Positions 23,703-34,800 of a DNA stretch of 64,000 nt are shown piece after piece. A program made the translations under genes and the position numbers. The notes under the pieces were generated by a model. It worked only from the letters and a program-made list of their open reading frames with translations, did not search any database and was not told the DNA's origin. This DNA comes from Lingula anatina (Eukaryota; Animalia; Brachiopoda): positions 38,230,288-38,294,287 of the forward strand of contig CM120640.1 of assembly GCA_051362555.1 (NCBI GenBank). Direction: 5' to 3'. Position 1 is the first letter of the stretch; every line of letters starts with the position of its first letter.

Positions 23703-24310
23703 TTAAATTCCCAAATTTTTAGAAACTAATAATCTTTCTTCGACAGTATCCTTAACATAACCGTCTTTTGTGTTTTCAGATCGCCATCTACCGTGTTTCT
23801 TAAACAGTCTGTCTTTAGTCCCTGCATTAGAATCCAGCATATGAAATCAAACAAACGGAAATTATTCGGAGATCCTTCAAAGTGACTTCAGAACTCATAA
23901 AATTAGTAACCAATTGAGAAATGTGCTTAGCAGTTACAGGTTCCTTTTTTGTTACTCTATGGTCTTTCCGTCTCTGAGATGCTTCCTTCACTGCAATAAC
24001 GAATTTTGACTCGCAATTTCGGATTTTTCTTACAGTTGGCTGTACCATGAAACCATTTTAAAGTGTAAAAAGATGTCTAAACCGCAGCAGAATAATTACA
24101 AGTTTGTGACAAATTTTGAAGATAAAAAGCAACAATCGAGTCTTTCGCTGTAAAGAAAGAGGTCACACCGATCGTATTACACCGTTCAAGCCATTTTTGG
24201 AAGCCGTAAGAATATTTTCTCACTGTGTTGTCTGCTCTTGACTTCAAAATGACATCTGGTAATGAATCTGCTAAAGCCTTCAAACTTTTATTGCTTGTAA
24301 CCTCCACGTC
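23703..24310 (-). pseudogene. Tyrosine recombinase remnant with internal deletion
   Basis: Track ORFs 24077-24307 and 23827-24048 plus the C-terminal HGRW...DGY motif ending at the stop at 23703-23705. The sequence jumps from YAGF directly to (A)NAG at ~23828. Confidence 0.88.
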
Positions 24311-24536
24311 TTGGAGGATAGCATTATCAAGAAAACATGAAAAAGGAAAAAAAAGAAAATTTTTGAAAACAAAACTCTAGCAATCGTTCCCATAATCTAT
24401 GTTCATCCTGGACAATAATCATGTCCATGTTAACTGTCATTGATCAATGATTGTGATCCTAATGGCCATTTCTTCCATTCCTTCCTTCAATGTTGCAGAA
24501 CTCCATTACAGCATGTTGTATCGATAACCCATTGGT

Positions 24537-24700
24537 AACTAGAGCGCAGACCTCCGCCAAGGCAGCGATTTTTTATTATTATTGATTTTTGATTGATTAT
24601 TGATCCGGATCACCACCAAAAAATAATCATCTCTTCCTTGGCCCACTTCGTACAGTTCCTGAAAAATTCATCAAAATCGGTCTAAGAAATACATAAACAA
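24537..24700. mobile_element. Helentron/HINE-like non-autonomous fragment inserted in DIRS copy 2
   Basis: aactagagcgcagacctccgccaaggc end, tgatccggatcaccaccaaaa core, aaaattcatcaaaatcgg and a cata/caaa-like tail resemble Helentron-associated interspersed elements as I recall them. It lies between the RNase H and YR remnants. Confidence 0.55.
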
Positions 24701-24849
24701 AGCCATCTCCATTATATCAATGATCCAGTGATCGTCTGTTTATCTCTCCTTCGAAGAAAGTGAGTTTTAAATTCTATAAACAGATGACCAATTATTCATC
24801 TACTTTAAATCCCTTTAAATATGAAAAACTTATTCGTATTCAAAACAAA

Positions 24850-25500
24850 TGGTCCCAAACCGGGTTTTCTGGCATCTGAATAGACCGTTTTTAACTTACT
24901 AGGCAAGCTTTGTACACGTAGACTTTTCTCATTAAAAAAAAAAAAAGAAAACTAAATTGTCTTTCCAAAAATTAATTCTTTAATGCAAGACATTCGTCTT
25001 TAATATTAATATTAAAATCCCAATGCTTCCTCTAGTTATTTATCTAGATACATTTCCAATCAATGGAGACATAATAATAAAACAGAAATAATTTTACCTG
25101 TAACCCTCGCCAATTTTATAGCTGTTATATACGGTAAATCTGAAACCAATTCGTCTAAAAGACACAGAGTATTACTAGTATATTGTAGAAAGCCTTCTTT
25201 CGGGAATAAACAATCCCCTTACTTCCATGTCCCAAATAATCCCCAACCATTCCAATTTGTTGACTGGTTCTAATTTACTTTTTTCGGCGTTTAAAACAAA
25301 ATCTGCTTTAAACAGATCCATTTTAATTTTTTTAGAATGTAGTTTTAAATGTAATATATTTTTCTAGAGAATTTTCAGACACAATACCGTCATCTAAATA
25401 AACAACAATGGGGATTCCATTTTTCTCCAATACCCAACTAAACGTCTAAGTATTTTAGTAAAAATAAACGGTGCTGAAGAAAGGCCAAACGAAAGTACCA
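24850..25500 (-). pseudogene. Reverse transcriptase C-terminal half and RNase H start
   Basis: FGLSSAPFIFTK and YLDDG (25405-25390), WLGIIWD, and VYSDA (~24885); frameshifted. Confidence 0.88.
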
Positions 25501-25639
25501 AAAAAAAAAAAAAAAAAAAAAGAATTCTTTCCGTTGATTTAAAAAAGTTTGAGATGCCGGAGCAATATCTAAATGGTGAATAAATAAATAAACACAACAC
25601 TAAACTGCAGAATTATCTCAACAAATATTATCTGTGGTC

Positions 25640-26336
25640 TTGCTCACATTCCCAAAAGTGAGAGTGTAATATGCCTTTGGTCCATGCAACCAGATCTCTT
25701 GTCCTCCTTGTCTGTTCAGCCTAAAATATAAAATTGCAAGACAGCTATTTAATTCTTAATGCATAACTCTATTAAAAAGGAAAATGTCCATGATGGAAAA
25801 AACTCATTTATTTTTTCTACCTGAAGATATGGAAAATGGTGCAATAGTTTGTGTTGTTCTCATGCATATCTACTCACAGTGATTATCTTCTTTCCAAGAT
25901 TTTTGCCCCATGCCAAATGTCCCACGAATGTTTTATCCCAATTCATTTTTTTTTCTGAAATAAGAAAAATTTAGCTAAATATATATAGAGAGATATAACA
26001 AAAAAATAGCAAGAATTGCAACTAAATAATCACATACATGTAGATACATTTCACATACTAAATTTGCTTTCTAATTATTATAGTAAGACCTAAACAGCAC
26101 TTTGTACTTAAGTGTGCAACAAGGGCATCTTTGACCACTTCTGTTGCACTGATTCCTTTTTTTTTTCAGGAAATCCATAGCCCTGACAAACCCTTCCTTC
26201 TCCATTACAGAGCTACTCAGCTTGGTTTCTTTCTTCCTTACAACTTCTGCTTCCAACACATCCCCTGTTTCATAGTCAACAATAATGCTCGCGCAATATT
26301 GTGCACTATGTCCTGGGCTGTCCATTCTGCCATCAA
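25640..26336 (-). pseudogene. Spliced DDE transposase remnant (DGRMDSPGH family; probably Kolobok-like)
   Basis: Three exon-like blocks, each after an AG acceptor: 26336-~26108 DGRMDSPGHSAQYC...MEKEGFVRAMDFL / GISATEVVKDA; 25954-25878 IKHSWDIWHGAK / NLGKKII followed by gtgagt; 25720-~25640 AEQTRRTRDLVAWTKGILHSHFWEC. Frameshifts fall in A-runs. Confidence 0.75.
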
Positions 26337-26547
26337 CTATGAATAAATGGGATATATCGAAACACGGACATCATAAATATGTGGTGCGACAATTCCTAAA
26401 ACAACACTTGGTGGGATTTAGGACACATTCCTATAGACACCACAGGTCTACATTGATCGACCAGACTTGGCATGGATTTTCACTGCTATCAGCTGAATAG
26501 GTAACCCCCCCCCCTCTAAGAAATAAAATTGTTCATGTTCCTTTTGT

Positions 26548-26549
<2 letters not shown>

Positions 26550-26608
<59 letters not shown>
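26550..26608. repeat. (TA)n microsatellite
   Basis: About 29 TA units. Confidence 0.97.
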
Positions 26609-26612
<4 letters not shown>

Positions 26613-27383
26613 CCAAAGGAATAGAGGGTAATAAGTCATACTCAAATTATATTTTAGGATGCCAACCCATGTTATTTTTCATCTTACTCCTCAAAGTGTG
26701 TCTTGCCTTTAAATGTAAAGCTCTATGTTATTTAATGAAAGACAATATAAGTTCCATCTGTTTAGAGATGTATGTCGGTCTGCTTTATAGCAATTAAGTC
26801 CCTGCTGTGGTTTAGGCCTACTGGTCACAACCAGAACATCAGAACCACTGCTTCCATCCACCGCTTCTACTTGTGGACATGAGTACACTTGATATAGAAA
26901 CAAAACACGCATTAAGTTAAAATTTTAGATTAATCCATTTAATCCATAAAGTTTAAATAACACATTTGCAATAAAGTTTTTGATTAAGTTTTTTATCAAA
27001 ATTAAAATAGATTATTGTAATAATGTTATTAAAGTATGTGCCCTTTTTCAAATGCAAAGAATGCAAAGCAACCCTTATATATACATGTACCTGTATATAA
27101 ATATGTTTGATAAGATCTATTGGAGATATTTAAGCACATTTAAAAGACACTCACTCAGAAACAGAGTTTTCAATATCGCTTAATTTGGGATCAGGAATGG
27201 ACTTAGCAGTGGTCCTCACCCTCGCCTGAACAAAGAAGCTCAAACAAATCAAGAACAAATCAATATCCGAATAACGACGGTGATATGGCACTGCTGGCGC
27301 ATATTAATTTCGTGATCTGTAAACACAGGGAATCAGCAGTTGTAAACATTATCTTATAGTATATTTTGAACAAGCGGTCTGTA

Positions 27384-27452
27384 CAGGGAGGGGGGGGGGC
27401 GGGGTCGGCCCGCCCCCTTAAAATATTCCTGGATCCGCCCCTGGATCCGCCA
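27384..27452 (-). mobile_element. MITE terminal fragment with duplicated end
   Basis: tcctggatccgcccctggatccgccac is the reverse complement of the caggggcggatccagga end, with the motif duplicated in tandem. Confidence 0.55.
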
Positions 27453-28844
27453 CATGGTACCTATCTGTATCTTAAAAAAAAAAAAAAAAAACTGCTGGTA
27501 TATGATAGACGGGAAGAGGGAGCGCATGGGAAATGGCGGTGTAGGCCGGATCTAAAGCCTTCCACAGTTTCAGCAGTAACTTGTTGGTCACTTCGTTCAT
27601 TCCACTCGGAGACTGTTCTGGTAAAGAAAGAGTTTCAAACTGGTGTGTCGCAGTGTGATTCTTGCACTTAAGAGTTTGTTTTAAATCCTAATATTAGTAC
27701 ATAAATGTAATTTATTCTAAAATGTGAGGCCTAATAATAAGGAGCTACGGGCAAATCTCTTCAACAATCAGTTTCTTTTTCAAACTGATTGTTTGACACA
27801 TCATGATAACAACGGAAACCACCAAACTTCAATTAAGATAATTAATTGTATTTATGTAGCAAATGGTTTGTTTTAGTGGTGGTATTAACTTTTTGGTAAT
27901 ACATCAACGTTTTGTTTATAGGAAATTAGTCTGGTTAGTTAGTAGTAGGTAGTAGGATGGTAGTTTGGGTCTTGTGTCTGCACATTTTTACCTTAAGTAC
28001 AGTAGTTGACCAAGGCAAGGTGATAACAGATGTCCCGGGTTAAGGAATTTCTTAGCTGCTGTGTATCTAGGCACACACATTTGCACCCCCACCTTTAATA
28101 ATTACATATTTCTTTATAGTTACCCGCACGAAAATGCAGTAGTATCGAAGTAGCAAAGCGGCGGGAGCATATTTGCAGAATAGCCTACTGCAATTCTACT
28201 CCAAAAAGTACATAGGTTTGTACAGAGAGGAGCATAAATGCATAATTTTTTAAATTCCCATGACAAAACACCCCGGTGACTCCCTTCGCCACATAAGTTT
28301 TCATGTAATTATTAAACAGAGCAAAAAATCTCCCTATTTCTGTAGAATTATAAATTTTATAAAAGATGTTTTTGGGACTAATTCTATCGAGCTGCATTCA
28401 GTGAGAAGTCATTCAGCTTTGTAGCTGCGGAGATATTGACGGCCGCACTAAAAAAAAACCTGCAAAACTGCATGAACAGAATATTTTGGTGAAACATTTC
28501 CTATTCTCATAGACAGCAGACTCACTGACGTAACTCCCAATGCCACAAAACTTAAGTGTCAAAAAGTTACTTTTCACACCGGCAGTACTGTAATTGAACA
28601 TATCCATTCTCTTGTTTGTAAACAAACCACTGCACTGCTCACAGTCGTAAGCTCCCTCCGCCAGATGTCCGAAACTGTACAGCACTGAGCCAGGTCTCGA
28701 CCAAAAATAAGAAGCAATTTAGGCCCCAATCTGCTACTTGACACCAAATTAACCACTAGGAACACACAAAAAATGTCAAGAAAAAAACTAGAAACAATCA
28801 CTAATTTTTCACCCAGAACTTCATTCGTCTATAATAGTCCGTGA

Positions 28845-31800
28845 TTGGCCAGGTAGGGATGAAAATTTGTTTTCTTCATTATAGTGTCAGGTAGGTGTGT
28901 TCGGTCATTTGTAGTAAGAATAAAGTGCTGGAAGAGTGGTGGTGTCAACATTAAGGAAGAAATAGAGCAAAAACTCTGTCTCCCCCCCCCCCCCCCCCCC
29001 CCTTCTCAGATTCTGTTCTCAGAGCTTATTTTTGGATAATCTTTAAAGCTAGAATTGGGGGCCTTGATGAAGTGACCCGGGCGCGTTTCCACATTTTTTA
29101 TGAATGACAGGTGTGGTAGATTGATTTTCGTCACTTTTTGGAAAAATCAGAGACGGGTCGATTTTTGGTGATTTTGAGTGATTTTCAACAGTGCCGGCAC
29201 TGTGAGATTTCTTCAATTTTGGCCAGGTAGGGATGAAAATTTTTTTTCTTCATTGTAGTGTCAGGTAGGTGTGTTCGGTCATTTGTAGTAAGAATAAAGT
29301 GCTGGAAGAGTGGTGGTGTCGATTTTTGGTGATTTTGAGTGATTTTCAACAGTGCCGGCACTGTGAGATTTCTTCAATTTTGGCCAGGTAGGGATGAAAA
29401 TTTTTTTTCTTCATTGTAGTGTCAGGTAGGTGTGTTCGGTCATTTGTAGTAAGAATAAAGTGCTGGAAGAGTGGTGGTGTCAACATTAAGGAAGAAATAG
29501 AGCAAAAACTCTGTCTCCCCCCCCCCCCCCCCCCTCTCAGATTCTGTTCTCAGAGCTTATTTTTGGATCATCTTTAAAGATAGAATTGGGGGCCTTGATG
29601 AAGTGACCCGGGCGCGTTTCCACATTTTTTATGAATGACAGGTGTGGTAGATTGATTTTCGTCACTTTTTGGAAAAATCGGAGACGGGTCGATTTTTGGT
29701 GATTTTGAGTGATTTTGAACAGTGCCGGCACTGTGAGATTTCTTCAATTTTGGCCAGGTAGGGATGAAAATTTTTTTTCTTCATTATAGTGTCAGGTAGG
29801 TGTTTTCAGTCATTTGTAGTAAGAATAAAGTGCTGGAAGAGTGGTGATGTCAACATTAAGGAAGGAATAGAGCAAAAACTCTGTCTCCCCCCCCCCCCCT
29901 CTCAGATTCTGTTCTCAGAGCTTATTTTTGGATAATCTTTAAAGCTAGAATTGGGGGCCTTGATGAAGTGACCCGGGCGCGTTTCCACATTTTTTATGAA
30001 TGACAGGTGTGGTAGATTGATTTTCGTCACTTTTTGGAAAAATCGGAGACGGGTCGATTTTTGGTGATTTTGAGTGATTTTGATCAGTGCCAGCACTGTG
30101 AGATTTCTTCAATTTTGGCCAGGTAGGGATGAAAAATTTTTTTCTTCGTTATAGTGTCAGGTAGGTGTGTTCGGTCATTTGTAGTAAGAATAAAGTGCTG
30201 GAAGAGTGGTGGTGTCAACATTAAGGAAGAAATAGAGCAAAAACTCTGTCTCCCCCCCCCCCCCTTCTCAGATTCTGTTCTCAGAGCTTATTTTTGGATA
30301 ATCTTTAAAGCTAGAATTGGGGGCCTTGATGAAGTGACCCGGGCGCATTTCCACATTTTTTATGAATGACAGGTGTGGTAGATTGATTTTCGTCACTTTT
30401 TGGAAAAATCAGAGACGGGTCGATTTTTGGTGATTTTGAGTGATTTTCAACAGTGCCGGCACTGTGAGATTTCTTCAATTTTGGCCAGGTAGGGATGAAA
30501 ATTTTTTTTCTTCATTGTAGTGTCAGGTAGGTGTGTTCGGTCATTTGTAGTAAGAATAAAGTGCTGGAAGAGTGGTGGTGTCGATTTTTGGTGATTTTGA
30601 GTGATTTTCAACAGTGCCGGCACTGTGAGATTTCTTCAATTTTGGCCAGGTAGGGATGAAAATTTTTTTTCTTCATTGTAGTGTCAGGTAGGTGTGTTCG
30701 GTCATTTGTAGTAAGAATAAAGTGCTGGAAGAGTGGTGGTGTCAACATTAAGGAAGAAATAGAGCAAAAACTCTGTCTCCCCCCCCCCCCCCCCCCCTCT
30801 CAGATTCTGTTCTCAGAGCTTATTTTTGGATCATCTTTAAAGATAGAATTGGGGGCCTTGATGAAGTGACCCGGGCGCGTTTCCACATTTTTTATGAATG
30901 ACAGGTGTGGTAGATTGATTTTCGTCACTTTTTGGAAAAATCGGAGACGGGTCGATTTTTGGTGATTTTGAGTGATTTTGAACAGTGCCGGCACTGTGAG
31001 ATTTCTTCAATTTTGGCCAGGTAGGGATGAAAATTTTTTTTCTTCATTATAGTGTCAGGTAGGTGTGTTCAGTCATTTGTAGTAAGAATAAAGTGCTGGA
31101 AGAGTGGTGATGTCAACATTAAGGAAGGAATAGAGCAAAAACTCTGTCTCCCCCCCCCTCTCAGATTCTGTTCTCAGAGCTTATTTTTGGATAATCTTTA
31201 AAGCTAGAATTGGGGGCCTTGATGAAGTGACCCGGGCGCGTTTCCACATTTTTTATGAATGACAGGTGTGGTAGATTGATTTTCGTCACTTTTTGGAAAA
31301 ATCGGAGACGGGTCGATTTTTGGTGATTTTGAGTGATTTTGATCAGTGCCAGCACTGTGAGATTTCTTCAATTTTGGCCAGGTAGGGATGAAAAATTTTT
31401 TTCTTCGTTATAGTGTCAGGTAGGTGTGTTCGGTCATTTGTAGTAAGAATAAAGTGCTGGAAGAGTGGTGGTGTCATCATTAAGGAAGAAATAGAGCAAA
31501 AACTGTGTCTCCCCCCCCCCCCCCCCCCTCTCAGATTCTGTTCTCAGAGCTCATTTTTGGATCATCTTTAAAGCTAGAATTGGGGGCCTTGATGAAGTGA
31601 CACGGGCGCATTTCCACATTTTTTATGAATGACAGGTGTGGTAGATTGATTTTCGTCACTTTTTGGAAAAATCTGAGACGGGTCGATTTTTGGTGATTTT
31701 GAGTGATTTTGATCAGTGCCGGCACTGTGAGATTTCTTCAATTTTGGCCAGGTAGGGATGAAAAATTTTTTTCTTCGTTATAGTGTCAGGTAGGTGTGTT

Positions 31801-34800
31801 CGGTCATTTGTAGTAAGAATAAAGTGCTGGAAGAGTGGTGGTGTCATCATTAAGGAAGAAATAGAGCAAAAACTGTGTCTCCCCCCCCCCCCCCCCCTCT
31901 CAGATTCTGTTCTCAGAGCTCATTTTTGGATCATCTTTAAAGCTAGAATTGGGGGCCTTGATGAAGTGACCCGGGCGCGTTTCCACATTTTTTATGAATG
32001 ACAGGTGTGGTAGATTGATTTTCGTCACTTTTTGGAAAAATCTGAGACGGGTCGATTTTTGGTGATTTTGAGTGATTTTGATCAGTGCCGGCACTGTGAG
32101 ATTTCTTCAATTTTGGCCAGGTAGGGATGAAAAATTTTTTTCTTCGTTATAGTGTCAGGTAGGTGTGTTCGGTCATTTGTAGTAAGAATAAAGTGCTGGA
32201 AGAGTGGTGGTGTCATCATTAAGGAAGAAATAGAGCAAAAACTGTGTCTCCCCCCCCCCCCTCTCAGATTCTGTTCTCAGAGCTCATTTTTGGATCATCT
32301 TTAAAGCTAGAATTGGGGTCCTTGATGAAGTGACCCGGGCGCGTTTCCACATTTTTTATGAATGACAGGTGTGGTAGATTGATTTTCGTCACTTTTTGGA
32401 AAAATCTGAGACGGGTCGATTTTTGGTGATTTTGAGTGATTTTGATCAGTGCCGGCACTGTGAGATTTCTTCAATTTTGGCCAGGTAGGTATGAAAAATT
32501 TTTTTCTTCGTTATAGTGTCAGGTAGGTGTGTTCGGTCATTTGTAGTAAGAATAAAGTGCTGGAAGAGTGGTGGTGTCATCATTAAGGAAGAAATAGAGC
32601 AAAAACTGTGTCTCCCCCCCCCCTCTCAGATTCTGTTCTCAGAGCTCATTTTTGGATCATCTTTAAAGCTAGAATTGGGGGCCTTGATGAAGTGACCCGG
32701 GCGCGTTTCCACATTTTTTATGAATGACAGGTGTGGTAGATTGATTTTCGTCACTTTTTGGAAAAATCTGAGACGGGTCGATTTTTGGTGATTTTGAGTG
32801 ATTTTGATCAGTGCCGGCACTGTGAGATTTCTTCAATTTTGGCCAGGTAGGGATGAAAAATTTTTTTCTTCGTTATAGTGTCAGGTAGGTGTGTTCGGAT
32901 CATTTGTAGTAAGAATAAAGTGCTGGAAGAGTGGTGGTGTCATCATTAAGGAAGAAATAGAGCAAAAACTGTGTCTCCCCCCCCCCCCCCTCTCAGATTC
33001 TGTTCTCAGAGCTCATTTTTGGATCATCTTTAAAGCTAGAATTGGGGGCCTTGATGAAGTGACCCGGGCGCGTTTCCACATTTTTTATGAATGACAGGTG
33101 TGGTAGATTGATTTTCATCACTTTTTGGAAAAATCTGAGACGGGTCGATTTTTGGTGATTTTGAGTGATTTTGATCAGTGCCGGCACTGTGAGATTTCTT
33201 CAATATTGGCCAGGTAGGGATGAAAAATTTTTTTCTTCGTTATAGTGTCAGGTAGGTGTGTTCGGTCATTTGTAGTAAGAATAAAGTGCTGGAAGAGTGG
33301 TGGTGTCATCATTAAGGAAGAAATAGAGCAAAAACTGTGTCTCCCCCCCCCCCCTCTCAGATTCTGTTCTCAGAGCTCATTTTTGGATCATCTTTAAAGC
33401 TAGAATTGGGGGCCTTGATGAAGTGACCCGGGCTGCGTTTCCACATTTTTTATGAATGACAGGTGTGGTAGATTGATTTTCGTCACTTTTTGGAAAAATC
33501 TGAGACGGGTCGATTTTTGGTCATTTTGAGTGATTTTGATCAGTGCCGGCACTGTGAGATTTCTTCAATTTTGGCCAGGTAGGGATGAAAAATTTTTTCT
33601 TCGTTATAGTGTCAGGTAGGTGTGTTCGGTCATTTGTAGTAAGAATAAAGTGCTGGAAGAGTGGTGGTGTCATCATTTAGGAAGAAATAGAGCAAAAACT
33701 GTGTCTCCCCCCCCCCCTCTCAGATTCTGTTCTCAGAGCTCATTTTTGGATCATTTTTAAAGCTAGAATTGGGGGCCTTGATGAAGTGACCCGGGCGCGT
33801 TTCCACATTTTTTATGAATGACAGGTGTGGTAGATTGATTTTCATCACTTTTTGGAAAAATCTGAGACGGGTCGATTTTTGGTGATTTTGAGTGATTTTG
33901 ATCAGTGCCGGCACTGTGAGATTTCTTCAATTTTGGCCAGGTAGGGATGAAAAATTTTTTTCTTCGTTATAGTGTCAGGTAGGTGTGTTCGGTCATTTGT
34001 AGTAAGAATAAAGTGCTGGAAGAGTGGTGGTGTCATCATTAAGGAAGAAATAGAGCAAAAACTGTGTCTCCCCCCCCCCCTCTCAGATTCTGTTCTCAGA
34101 GCTGATTTTTGGATCATCTTTAAAGCTAGAATTGGGGGCCTTGATGAAGTGACCCGGGCGCGTTTCCACATTTTTTATGAATGACAGGTGTGGTAGATTG
34201 ATTTTCGTCACTTTTTGGAAAAATCTGAGACGGGTCGATTTTTGGTGATTTTGAGTGATTTTGATCAGTGCCGGCACTTTGAGATTTCTTCAATTTTGGC
34301 CAGGTAGGGATGAAAAATTTTTTTCTTCGTTATAGTGTCAGGTAGGTGTGTTCGGTCATTTGTAGTAAGAATAAAGTGCTGGAAGAGTGGTGGTGTCATC
34401 ATTAAGGAAGAAATAGAGCAAAAACTGTGTCTCCCCCCCCCCCTCTCAGATTCTGTTCTCAGAGCTCATTTTTGGATCATCTTTAAAGCTAGAATTGGGG
34501 GCCTTGATGAAGTGACCCGGGCGCGTTTCCACATTTTTTATGAATGACAGGTGTGGTAGATTGATTTTCGTCACTTTTTGGAAAAATCTGAGACGGGTCG
34601 ATTTTTGGTGATTTTGAGTGATTTTGATCAGTGCCGGCACTGTGAGATTTCTTCAATTTTGGCCAGGTAGGGATGAAAAATTTTTTTCTTCGTTATAGTG
34701 TCAGGTAGGTGTGTTCGGTCATTTGTAGTAAGAATAAAGTGCTGGAAGAGTGGTGGTGTCATCATTAAGGAAGAAATAGAGCAAAAACTGTGTCTCCCCC

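Larger units (their letters stand above)
23703..25500 (-). mobile_element. Decayed DIRS/PAT-like tyrosine-recombinase retrotransposon, copy 2 (5'-truncated; RT - RNase H - YR)
   Basis: Minus-strand translation: LVLSFGLSSAPFIFTKILRRLVGYWRK, IPIVVYLDDG, NAEKSKLEPVNKLEWLGIIWD, LARVTGKIIS, VYSDA; then YR SRADNTVRKY, KKEPVT, LISYAGF, DRLFKKHGRWRSENTKDGYVKD...VSKNLGI*. Confidence 0.92.

Noticed and set aside
27985-28050. TTAA-flanked candidate Kolobok termini (ccttaa, ttaagg)
   Set aside because: No matching inverted partner found by eye elsewhere in the island.
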